Part shown: piece by piece, positions 33,303 to 64,000 of the stretch
Layout: every line of letters begins with the position of its first letter
Numbering within the stretch: position 1 is the first letter of the stretch
Origin: Macrostomum lignano
Taxonomy: Eukaryota
DNA length: 64,000 bases
Reading direction: 5' to 3'
NCBI GenBank assembly: GCA_002269645.1
Contig: NIVC01003286.1
Location: forward strand, 42,493-106,492
Translations under genes and position numbers: made by a program
Notes under the pieces: model-generated
What the model saw: only the letters and a program-made list of their open reading frames with translations
What the model was told of the DNA's origin: nothing
Database searches by the model: none

Positions 33303-36300
33303 TGTACTGTAGAAATGAAGAGACCGATAGTCCGCCAAAAACTATTTGGAGCTGAGACTCAAGCGAGACGATATCAAAACGTAAAGCGTAAACCGTACAC
33401 AGGGCTAATAAGCTCTCTCGATGATATATATGTATATTGCAGTCAGTCAGAATCAGCCAGCGGAGGGGGGTGGGTGAGATGGGCCTGGGCTAAATCAGCG
33501 TACATAGAAAATTGAATAATAAACACGTACGTACATTAAATCACGCAGTGGAATTGGAAAGAAAATCGATGCTACTAATCTACCTCCCACCTTGGCATAA
33601 CAATGACAAAAACTATTCGAGGGATGAAACAATGAAAACGAATACGGTAATAGGAAAATATTCGAAAACGATGCGTGATGCAAAATCAAACTCAAAAAGC
33701 AAAAAAGCAACGTTGCATGAATGCGACATTGTGACGGGTAGAAAATTAGATGACAATAAGATCGTAGATGACCATCGAAAATTTTGCAAGAGTACGTCAG
33801 CTGTCAAGTAAAATTTCAAAATTAAATACTAACGCAAATTACCGCCACCACCAACCGCAACTGAAATAAAAACTGAAGCAAAAAAATATAAGCATTGGGC
33901 TATCAAAAGGTCGTAACTAGTGCAAAAACTATGGAACTTCTAAGCGCAGAAAATCAAGCAATATTAAGTAGAGCTCAAATAATGCAAACATCGCTCGTAA
34001 AAAACTTAAAAACACAAAAGACAAACTTGCCGACAAATTCACTAAACCGTAACGACTGCTGTTTAGCAAAATTCACGCAAGAAAATAAATAATGAATGTT
34101 AATCGCGTTGAACACTGAAAACGAAAATTGGGTTATGACGGCAAAAACAGGGTGATTCCTATTAGCATGAAAGGGAAAAAAGACAATACGAACAATGCAA
34201 AAAACAGAAAAATTGAACAACTCATCAGAAAAATTGCAAAACCTGACAAAGTCTAATTCTCTAGCAAAGGTTCGCAAACTAACCTGCAGATATTGGACGC
34301 AACTTTGTTATTGGTCTCGTCATTGTGCGATCACCGACTCTCACGTGACCGTCAGAACCGCGCATGACGTCCAGCACGCGAGCCAGCGGCCAGTGACCCC
34401 GAGGCGAGTCGGGGCTCACCAGCAGCGCCACGTCTCCAGGTTGTAGGTCAGGCAGCTCGCGGCGCCACTTGCTCCGCGGTGCGAGTCCCGGCAGCCACTC
34501 GCGCAACCACCGGCGCCAGATCTGCGACACCAGCTGCTGGACGTGACGCCATCTTCTTGAAGGACTGCGGGCGATGGCAGCGTCGACCTCCGGTGCAAAC
34601 TTCCCGCCGACTTGCCCGATGAGGAAGTGATTCGGCGTCAGCGGCACATCATCAGCCGGATGCGCTGTCTGGTACGTCAGCGGCCTTGAATTCAGAAGTG
34701 CCTCCACTCCAGCAAACGCGCTTAGCAGCTCCTCATCGGTGACGTCCGTCTCCCTCAGAATTGACCAGATTGACTGCCAAAGCTCCTGCATCAGAATCTT
34801 CGCCTGCACGACAAACGGGGAGATCAGTCCAAGTGGATCAAAGACACTCGCTAGCTTTGTCAGCAGACTCCTTCTTGCGGACACCTGACACGACTCGTTT
34901 TCATCTTTAAAGGTAAATTCGTCCTGCTCACTCCGCCACGTGATACCCAGTGTCTTGGTGCTTGGTAGTTCTTTGCTGTCCAAAGTAACTTCTGCTGCAC
35001 GGTCTTCATGTGGGATTCTATCGAGCACAGCTCTCGAGTTCGAGACCCACTTGCGCGCGTGCATGCCTGCGCGCCTCCAGAGCTCACTGAGTTGATCGTA
35101 CAGCCTGCAGGCGGCTGCCTCGGTGGGCGCAGAGTCCAGGCTGTCATCCATATAGGTAGAGTGCAGTACTGTCTCGGCCGCCTCTGGAAGCTCACCTTTT
35201 AACTTTTCAGCATGGCAGCGGGTAATGAACTGTGCCAAGAAAGGAGAGCTGGTGACGCCGAACACCACTCTGTTGAACTCGTAGACATCCGGTTGCTTTG
35301 AAGGATCGGCGTCCCGCCAAAGGAAACTGTGCAGCGGCCTGTCCTTCGGGTCCATCTCGATCTGGAGATACATTTCCGCTACGTCGCATGCGATCGCAAT
35401 CGGGTGTCGGCGGAACCGAAGCAGCACGTCAACCAAATCCCTCTGCAGTTTGGGGCCCTGGAGGATCTGGTCGTTCAATCTGGCAGCCGATGCATCAAAG
35501 ACTATCCGCACTTTTGTCGTAGCCTTGTCTGGCCGCAGCACTGGGAAGTGCGGCAGGAAACAGCGGCCTTCAGTCTCAGCTTGCGACACTTTTCGGATAT
35601 AACCTTGCTGTTCATACTTTTCAAGGATCTCCTGATACTGCTTGCAGACGTTCATTTCCTTAATCAGCCGCTGTTCGGTGTTCTTTAGTCGCTTCAAGGC
35701 CATTGAGAAAGTGCCTGCTGGAGCCAGCCGATCCTTTTTCCACGGAATCCCGATCTGGTAACGGCCCTTCGTGTACTTTAGCGACGACTTGGCTTGCTGA
35801 ACGGCTCTCTCCTCATCGGCGGTCAGCGGACTTCGATTGGCACCTTCTGAGACGTTCTCGATCTCCCAAAACTGCCACAGGATCTTAGCCACCTGACCAG
35901 ATTCGGAATCGCAGCTGAAGAAAGTGGCAGCAAAATGGGCGTTCTGCATCTCAGAATTGTCCTGCTCTGTGCGACCGATGCACGTCCAACCCAGGGGAGT
36001 CAGGCGCGCCTTTGGCTCCAGCGGCTGTCCGACGATTTCCTTGAGAGACACGTGAAGATCCGGGTGATCAACACCAATCAGCAAGTCCACTACTGCAGGC
36101 TCACACAGCTTCGGAAACGGCACATTTCTCAGATGAGGCCACTTCTGCGCTTCTTCGTGCCAGTCGACGCCTTTGAGGGACCCGGTCACGTGATCAGCGG
36201 TGAAGGCGACGATCATTGAGCTGGTCTGACCATCCAGACTTTCCAAGCTAAAGCAGACTGGGGCTGTCATGAAGGTCTCTGTGGCCATTGATGACTCCGA

Positions 36301-38302
36301 CTTTCACCTTTTCGAGCGCTCCATGCACTCCAAGCGCTTCTGCTATCCCGATGTTGCGTAGCTCCTGGTACTGGCATCGTCGAGCAAGGCGTTCACCTTC
36401 AGCTTCCGGGACCCGTTCCGTAAGACTACAGGCACCGTTCGTAACGAGATTGCCATTTCACCAGCCGACAGAAGCGTCACCGGTCCAGTCTTTCCTGAAC
36501 TGGAAGCGGATTTAGCGTCCTTGGATGCAGTCTGCTTCGCTTCACCAGACTTGGCCACCACTTTTTCTGCATGAAGCAGGCGATGATGGAACTTTGTGCA
36601 GCTGTTGATGCCGCACCGACGACCGCGCCGACATTGGCTGCCAAGATGTTCTTGGCCCAAGCACCGGAAACAACACTTCGAGCTCTGCGCCGCGTCCCAG
36701 CGTTTTTCCACCGGAAGCTCCTTGAACTCACTGCAGGACCACAGCTCGTGATCATCTTGACAAACAATGCAAATCTTTCGCTGTACCTTCTTGTCACTGT
36801 CCGTAGTAACGAAAGTCTTTGGTCGCTGCTCTCGCTTTTGACGCTCCTGCTGCATGGTGGCAACGCCCTGCACAATCTCTGACGCTTCAGTCTGAAACTC
36901 CGCTTCTTGCAGCACCCAAATTCTCAGATTTCTGACACTCTCCGGCTTCCGCTGCTCAAAGATCCACTTCCGGTATCTGGCAACCATCTGCTCAGGCAAC
37001 TTTTTCTGCAGCCTCACATACAACATCCCATCTTGAAGCTCTGCCTCTTTACCCGCATCCTCAAGGTTAACGACAGCCACATCCAGTAGATTAGCAAAGC
37101 TTTTCAGATCCTTGGCGTTTCCATTTCGCACGATCGGGAAGCTGTCCAGCTCTTCCAAGTGCAGAGCAAGTTGCCTACGCTGTCCACCAAATTCTCTCTC
37201 TAGTCTCTCTTTTGCAGCTTCATATGCCGCAGCAGTGTCCTAGATGTTCTATAACCTTCAAAGCTTCACCGCTGAGGTACTGCCTAAGCTGCAGCAACTT
37301 GAATTCTGGTGTTGCAGGGGCGCTGTCGATGCACGCAACAAAGGCTGCCTTCCAGTTTTCATACTTCTGCTTTTCTCCACTAAACGTTGGGATTTCAACA
37401 CGCTTCAGCATCTTCCACAAATCTTTTGAAAGCTCCTTCGGGTTGGATCCTTTGCTGGACGCAGCACTGCCAGAAAGTTTGTCTAACTCACCAGCTGCTT
37501 CTTCTTGGTCACCCGCAGCGTTCTCACCGCTTGAACTCGCGGCAGGAGGGGCTTCTTGGGCGCGCTGCAATCCCCGGTTTCTGGAACTTTCGACGCGCTG
37601 CATGGCAGCTTGGTAGTCGCATCAGTCTCCTCCATCTCTTCTAGTAGGCGCTGTCGCCTCTCGTTGTCCTTGGCATCGGCGTAGCCTTGATGCAGTTCTT
37701 CTTGGATGGCGCTGACCAGGTCCTGCAGGTCGGATAGAGCGTCGCAGGCAGCTTGCACTTCGTCATCAGAGGCGCGCGTCTTTAGCAGCCAAGACAGCTT
37801 GTTTTTGCAACGAGTGAACGCTGCTTTTTTTCGGGATTTCTCGAAGCGCAGCTTCTCTAAACGCAGCGCGCCGGCATCGTCTTGGGCTTCCTGCTGTTGT
37901 TCATTGGCGTCGTCACTGTCCATCTTGGTCCTTCGTTTCACAGTAGGATTCTATTGCTTGCCACGTCAGTGGTAAGTTAGGCTTGTCCAACCACGCTCCA
38001 GCTGCTACCAAAATGTACTGTAGAAATGAAGAGACCGATAGTCCGCCAAAAACTATTTGGAGCTGAGACTCAAGCGAGACGATATCAAAACGTAAACCGT
38101 AAACCGTACACAGGGCTAATAAGCTCTCTCGATGATATATATATTGCAGTCAGTCAGAATCAGCCAGCGTGGAGGGGGGTGGGTGAGATGGGCCTGGGCT
38201 AAATCAGCGTACATAGAAAATTGAATAATAAACACGTACGTACATTAAATCACGCAGTGGAATTGGAAAGAAAATCAATGCTACTAATCTACCTCCCAAA
38301 CA
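33303..38302 (-). mobile_element. BEL/Pao LTR retrotransposon, internally deleted and frameshifted
   Basis: LTRs at 33303-33602 and 38014-38302 (9-bp indel near one end), 5-bp TSD GGGAC, and an iMet-like PBS TGGTAGCAG..AGCGTGGTT at ~37989-38010. Coding parts: DUF1759-like Gag (EIPTFSG..Y.NW), three Cys-His motifs, protease ALLDDAS, RT YMDD. The RNase H is fused directly to the integrase C-terminus (..MQELWQS|IWSILRE..LNSRPLT), so the integrase core is missing. Confidence 0.93.
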
Positions 38303-39030
38303 GGGACATTCATTACAGTAATAACTTCAAGAGTACGTAAAAATAATGTTATTACAGTGAGTTGTGTAAATTCAATGAGGGAAAATAATCCAAACCACAG
38401 CTTTTGGTTGTACATTGGAATTTTTCACGTGGATATGATTTTCTGTTGCCACAATTCTTTCGGCTTGTACGTGTCTGTTGCAAGGGTTTTAACAATATGT
38501 AACGTTTTTAATAGTTTTCCATTTGTAGGAAAAGCCACTGAGATAATAAATAGTGTGTTTTTTCGTTTTTCAAAACAGAAAGTGAGTAAAATATAGCATA
38601 AAATAACAGTATAGTTTTCGTGATTTTTCTATCTGTTTACTCATATCTTTCCTCGAAAGTAAGGTTCTGACTGGTACCTTGGCGTGTACTGATCGTTAAC
38701 TGACTTCGAATCACTTTCGATTACGCTGTTCTAGCATTTCTCGTACTTCTTAGTGGATTGTCGAGAATTTAGTCTTTCTTGTACTTCGCACTCAACAATA
38801 ATACCAAAAATTAAGTTTACATTCGATACGTCCAAACATTCTCTGTAAATAATATAATACTACAATACTACATCATGGGGATCATGACATGATGACTGAT
38901 GTAGTAACATATTAAATTTTCGTTCAGCTGAGCCGCTAGAATATAACTCCTTGTTTAACCTAGTCTTAAGCTAGTAACGATTACGCTGAAACCAGCGGCT
39001 TAATATATGGAACTAATGGGCTGGTTTCAT

Positions 39031-39327
39031 CATACATGCGCAACGTCCAAAATTCGGTCGGCCGTGCGACTTAGTTTTAACAAAAATGCGACGTAGTTTT
39101 TGGCCAAAAATGCGACTTACATGTAAAAAAACCCCAAAGCAAAATTAACGCAACTTTGGGTAAACGGCGGGAGTAACTATGACTGTCTTATCAGGCAAAA
39201 ATGCCTCGTCAGCTACTTAGTACTACTACGGGGGTATTTTTTGGGTGGGCATTTTTGCGACTTCCTTGGTTGGCTGCCAAATCAGTCGGCCGGATCGGCC
39301 GACTCGGCCGACTGTTGCGCATGTATG
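39031..39327. mobile_element. 297-bp hAT-type MITE carrying a 28S rRNA-derived segment
   Basis: 14-bp TIR CATACATGCGCAAC / GTTGCGCATGTATG and a perfect 8-bp TSD GGTTTCAT (39023-39030, 39328-39335). Confidence 0.8.
39158..39221 (+). other. 28S rRNA-derived fragment (LSU H69-H71 region, R2/I-PpoI/I-CeuI target), copy 1
   Basis: GGGTAAACGGCGGGAGTAACTATGACTgTCTTAtcaggcaaAAATGCCTCGTCAgCTAcTTAGT matches the conserved eukaryotic 28S sequence (from memory) at 53/64 positions without gaps. Confidence 0.85.
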
Positions 39328-40523
39328 GGTTTCATGAAAAAAGTATTGTATATTTTCACTAATACTTGTACTGTATTGTATTTTACATTCATATAATTTT
39401 TTGATGGTCACTTTCAGAAATATTTCTATGTCATATTTAGTTTAATCTTTAATGGCCAACTCTATATTTAAATAGAGTTGCAATAAAAGTGAAAAATAAT
39501 ATTTTAAGTGTCACTAGTTTATGGTAGTGATTTTTTTGTTAATTTCTAAGACTGATACCAAAGTCAAAGAACAATTAAAATTTATAATAGCCTAAAAAAT
39601 TTAATTTTTAAATTAAAAAGTAAATTGTTGGTCCTAATTAATTAGATTTATTTATTTAATAGGGCCTATGCAAATCTAATGTTAGTTTTAGCAATTTTTT
39701 GCTATTTTTTGTCCAAGTTAATATATAAATATTGGTCACATATAAAAGCAGTCAATGCAACTGGCAATTGTACTTCAAAAATATAAATGTGGGCTTGTAG
39801 TAAATACTTTTAAATGTGTCTCCCATAATATTAGTGTTTCATTGACAATCATTCTTTTCATTACATTTCCTACATTGCATGATTTTAACACTATCAAAAA
39901 GTTCTATAAAGGCCTAGTTTTCAAAGCAGATTTATGTGTATATATAATTATTAGAGTTTTTACTCTTGCTTTTGCTGCTATATTTGTCATTTTTGTTTCT
40001 ACAGTACAGAAGCTTTTGAAGGTGCAGATCTTAAAATGAAGTCTCATTGCTATATAACTTTGAACTAAATCCTTTTAGCTTCAAAGCAACCACTAGGACA
40101 TGGGGAATAAGAGTTTAGGGCAGGGATATTTTTTATAGGGATTGATTTTATATATTTTTTTTCACTAGAAGCTGATTTTGTATCTTTAGACTATATAGCT
40201 ACAAATGTTGAAACATACTGGGCATACACAGTCATCATTAAACAGATTTTGGGAAGAAGCAATTGAATTTATTTAAGCATTTAGTTATTCTTATCAGTCT
40301 GTGACAAAAAGTTTCATAGAAAATTAAAAAGCATTAGTATTTTCTTTTATAAACCAAGGTTTCATAAGTATATTAAAAGTCTTCAATATTAAGTAAAATC
40401 TCAGTTTTACATTATATATAAAACATTAATTTGCTATTTCATATGCTTCTTTTATTTTCTTATTTTCAGAGAAAAACATGATAAAATAGAAAACACTGCC
40501 ATTACCAGTAATAATAATCAGCG

Positions 40524-60408
<19,885 letters not shown>

Positions 60409-60629
60409 CGGATCAACAGCAGCAGCCGGCCCTGTCCAGCGAGGAACAGCAGCGCCGCCTGTGGCGCCGTGGCATCCTCGCCTCCGACGGCGACAGTACC
60501 AGCGTCGGTGGCAACGCGATGGCGACGACTGCTGCTTCGAGGAGGCCTCCGATAAAAGTACTTTTCTGTGATACCTGGCATGTCCTGTCCTATTCTAACT
60601 CTCCGACTCGTCTAATCTCCCTTATATAA

Positions 60630-61230
60630 TCTCTCCCCTGTCTCATCTAATCTCTCATGTCTCATCTAATCTCTCATGTCTCATCTAATCTCTCATGTCT
60701 CATCTAATCTCTCCACTGTCGCATCTAGTCTATCCACTGTTTCATCTAATCTCTTCACTGTCTCATCTAATCTCTCATGTCTCATCTAATCTCTCCAATG
60801 TCGCATCTAGTCTATCCACTGTTTCATCTAATCTCTTCACTGTCTCATCTAATCTCTCCACTGTCTCATCTAGTCTATCCACTGTTTCATCTAATCTCTT
60901 CACTGTCTCATATAATCTCTCGCCTGTCTCATCTAATCTCTCTCATGTCTCATATAATCTCTCGCCTGTCTCATATAATCTCTCGTCTGTCTCATATAAT
61001 CTCTCGTCTGTCTCATATAATCTCTCGTCTGTCTCATCTACATGTAATCTCTCTCATGTCTCATCTAACTTCTCCCCTATCTCATCTAATCGATCTCCAC
61101 TGTCTCATCTAACCTCTTGCCTGTCTCATCTAATTTCTCTTCCCTGTCTCAACTAATCTCTCTTCCCTGTCTCATCTAATCTCTCTTCTCTGTCTCATCT
61201 ACTCTCTCCCCTGTCTCTTATAATCTCTCT
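60630..61230. repeat. ~20-bp degenerate minisatellite (TGTCTCATCTAATCTCTC)
   Basis: Direct observation. Confidence 0.85.
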
Positions 61231-62845
61231 GTCGTGTCTCATCTCTCTCCTGTTCAATGTAATCTCTATCCTATGTTTCATCTCATCCCTCCTGTCACAT
61301 CTAAAGCCCAATCTGTTCCCACTCCCCTCATCCATTTACGCATCATCAGTAGACGCTGCACAATCAAGCAACTTTATTCGTACTTCTGTGTTCGATGCTC
61401 GCATCTGTGATTTGGTTTATAAAAGATGTATTTTTATTTTGAGCCGATATTTTTGTTGTTATTTGAAGTCTGCCTCAGCCTGTTCGCATTCTAGTCACAA
61501 ATCTAGTAGCATGTGTGAGCTTTATTGCGCCATTTTAATTTCCTTTCAATATTTTTTAGAAAATTATGAAAGATTTTTTTCATCTCTCGCCTGACTTTCG
61601 GGTCTTCCTCAGTTTGCGCTGGACTTTTGTTAGACTGATGCAGTTTTATTTTTCTTTTTTTCAAAAAAATAGAGTAGATTTGCTTATTTTCAGCTGCTTC
61701 TACTCATAGTAGAGCGAACGGGATACGCAAATATATTGTCAGTGTTGTTTGCTTCCGTAGAAACTCCAGACCCTGACTCAATCCCCAATTTGACCATCTG
61801 AATTTTCGTTCGGCTTCTTGACTGCATTTTGTTTTATTAATCATGATAATTCTTGTTCAACTTAAGTCATGATTGTTCTATTTTTTCTGTTAATTATTAT
61901 TTTTGTTCAGATATGTACTACATGTACTACTAAACCCAATCAGTCAGCTTATTTAGCAATTTATTCTTATTTTAATTTCCTTTAATATTGCTATGGTCTG
62001 CTTCAGTTAAATTTTGAGTGTATAAATAAATCAAATCAATTTTGCTAATTAATCACAGCTTGTTGACTGGGCAGATTTTTTTCACAGAATTAAACATAAT
62101 TAAAAAAGACATTGTTTTGTTTCATTTTTGTATACAATACTACTAATTAAAGTAGTGCAGAGTAGCAAAAGCAGGACAGGCTTTGTATATTTTATTTTTC
62201 AACGCGGATTAACAAAACATGGTTAATTTTAACTAGGCAAGCGTAAGGACAGAATAATTAAAAATACGTTTACACAGAATGTTCTTCTCTTAAAAAACAC
62301 GTACTGTATACAAACAGTGTTTTTTAACTCGATTGGGCCACTCCTCCACTTTTCATATCGTCCATAACTGAGACTACTCTTAAGGAGAGTAGTATTATTT
62401 GCATATAGCTGGCTAAACTTATTTGCGCATGAAACTTAACTCGTAAAATGGAAGCCGCACGCTCACACAGGGCCTTATCATCAGGCATGTACACTCACTG
62501 TGATTGAGCCCACCACGAGCCCACACCTCTCCTGAAGAGAGTTTGGTCGGTGAAGCATACCCTGAAAATTACTGATTCTCATGAAGCCATGCCCTAACAG
62601 AATTCTAAGAAAGCAATCAGTGAAATCCTTTCGCATTGTCTGCGTAGCGTACAGGTATGCTAATTAGCACTGTGCATTTTTAGTACCAGGTAGATACCAC
62701 AAGAAGTACCTAGATAGTAACACGCAAGCCCAATGGAAAGGATATACTTTTCCACTACAAAATATAACTGGTCCTCAGAGTAGCCAAAAGTATTTTGAAG
62801 TGACCATGTCTACAGGTACATGCAGTTATCACTGAATCTATTAGT

Positions 62846-64000
62846 TCAGGCAAGCAGCAACACGCAGAGCTCCTGTGCACTTATCTGGGCAGACCCGGCA
62901 GCATCTGCAGCACCAGAAATCCCTGACTGTCGGCAGGCTTCCCAGCGAAGCCGTCGCAGTTGCTGCTGCTCAACTGCCGCAGCTGAAATCCACCACCTCC
63001 ACCGCCGCTGCTGACGCCGCTCGCCAACTCGGCCGAAAGTCGGTCGCGGAACTCGCCAGCCCGATGTCGGCGGCGCGGCAGCCGCTGTACAGCCGGGCGC
63101 CCTCGGATCGCGGAAACGAATACGGACACAATGGCGCGCCGTCGGTGCCGCTGCTGTCGGTGGAGTCGACGCCTGCAGGAATGCAGCCGCGAAGGTTGCG
63201 CCGTCCGCGCCGGGTCCAAGTTCGACACTATCCAGCTGAGTGTCTGGTTCGAGGACGACAACTGGCGTCGAGCCGCCGCGTCGGTTGATGCCGACGCGGC
63301 GGAGCCAAGCAAGCCGAAGCGGTGGCTCCTCGCTGCTGTCGACGAGATCCGCGGCCAGTTGGTGCGCCGCCGCAGCAGCCTCACTCGTTGTCAGGCCTGG
63401 ACGCGCAGGGGCAGCACGACAAACTCGTAGTTGGGTCTGACGGCGATCTGCACCACCGGCTGGTCCGGCCCGACCGCCTCCAGGCTGCTGGTTGATGTCA
63501 CCGAGTAGTCGGCGAGCCGGCGACTGTCGCACAACACGCGGCCGCGCAGCGTCAGGGTTTGTCGAGGGCCGTGGGCCACCGAGACGGTGAACTAGAGACT
63601 TCAGCGTGCCGATCTGCAGGTCTGGTTCGGCGAACAGCGCCAACATTTTGTCGCCGACGCGAACTCGCAGATCAAAGTGGCTTGGTCCGGTCGCTTGTAG
63701 GAAGTCTTCTTTGCCCAGGCCGAGTCGGACGAGTTCCGAGCGTCATCAAGCAGTCGTCACCCATGCAATGCGCAGCTGGTCAAAGTCGGCAGTCTTGCTG
63801 GCTCTGTCGGTACCGTGGAGCTTCATTCGGAGCGTCCGCACCGTCGCGTTACGCGGCATCGTGACCGGCAGGAAGCTGTTGTGATGTAGCACGGTGCACT
63901 TCACCAGCTGGTCGGCGCACAGTCGGAGCACACAGGCGTCACTCAGCTCGTAGTGCCGCAAAGTTCGTCCCCTATTGAGCTGCCTGTTGCCGAATTTCAA
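62846..64000 (-). pseudogene. Intronless tandem ubiquitin-like (UBL) domain gene, frame-disrupted (pseudogene or assembly indels); 5'-incomplete
   Basis: UBL C-terminal motifs recur: LKFGNRQLNRGRTLRHYELSDACVLRL; LRIAW..RLLDDAR.LVRLGLGKEDFL; QTLTLRGRVLCDSRRLADYSVTSTSSL; LRLAWL..VVLEPDTQLDSVELGPG. Compare ubiquitin [27 protein letters not shown]. The motifs lie in different frames. Confidence 0.7.

Noticed and set aside
39158-39221. Functional rRNA gene or snoRNA guide
   Set aside because: Only 64 nt with no surrounding rDNA. Copy 2 is in sense, not antisense, orientation in its host intron, and no C/D or H/ACA structure is evident.
62365-62395. TAACTGAGACTACTCTTAAGGAG resembling the 28S target core
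   Set aside because: Too short, with no flanking 28S similarity; it is also explained as an imperfect palindrome.

Overview
Eukaryotic (metazoan) genomic DNA with GC-rich, Ala/Gln/Ser-rich exons and introns packed with micro- and minisatellites. The style suggests a free-living flatworm such as Macrostomum; this is an inference only. Host genes, whose exon structures I rebuilt by hand from splice sites, phases and homology: a fibrinogen-related protein (FREP) with an unknown, internally duplicated N-terminus, followed by a pseudogenised copy of its last exon; a complete PDE9 with duplicated alternative 3' exons; a short clathrin light chain; a ~20 kb FRMD4-like FERM gene; and a frame-disrupted tandem ubiquitin-like gene at the right edge. 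Mobile elements: a very young full-length Gypsy LTR retrotransposon, an internally deleted BEL/Pao element, a dead mariner with a nested hAT MITE, Harbinger-type and hAT-type MITEs, and a tRNA-derived SINE. Most notable: (1) the Gypsy polyprotein carries a cold-shock (CSD/OB-fold) RNA-binding domain between its CCHC knuckle and protease; (2) two dispersed ~64-nt copies of the 28S rRNA segment targeted by R2/I-PpoI/I-CeuI, both altered at the cut site; (3) one exon is bracketed by two inverted arrays of the same 36-bp minisatellite. All coordinates and alignments were done by eye and no database searches were run.
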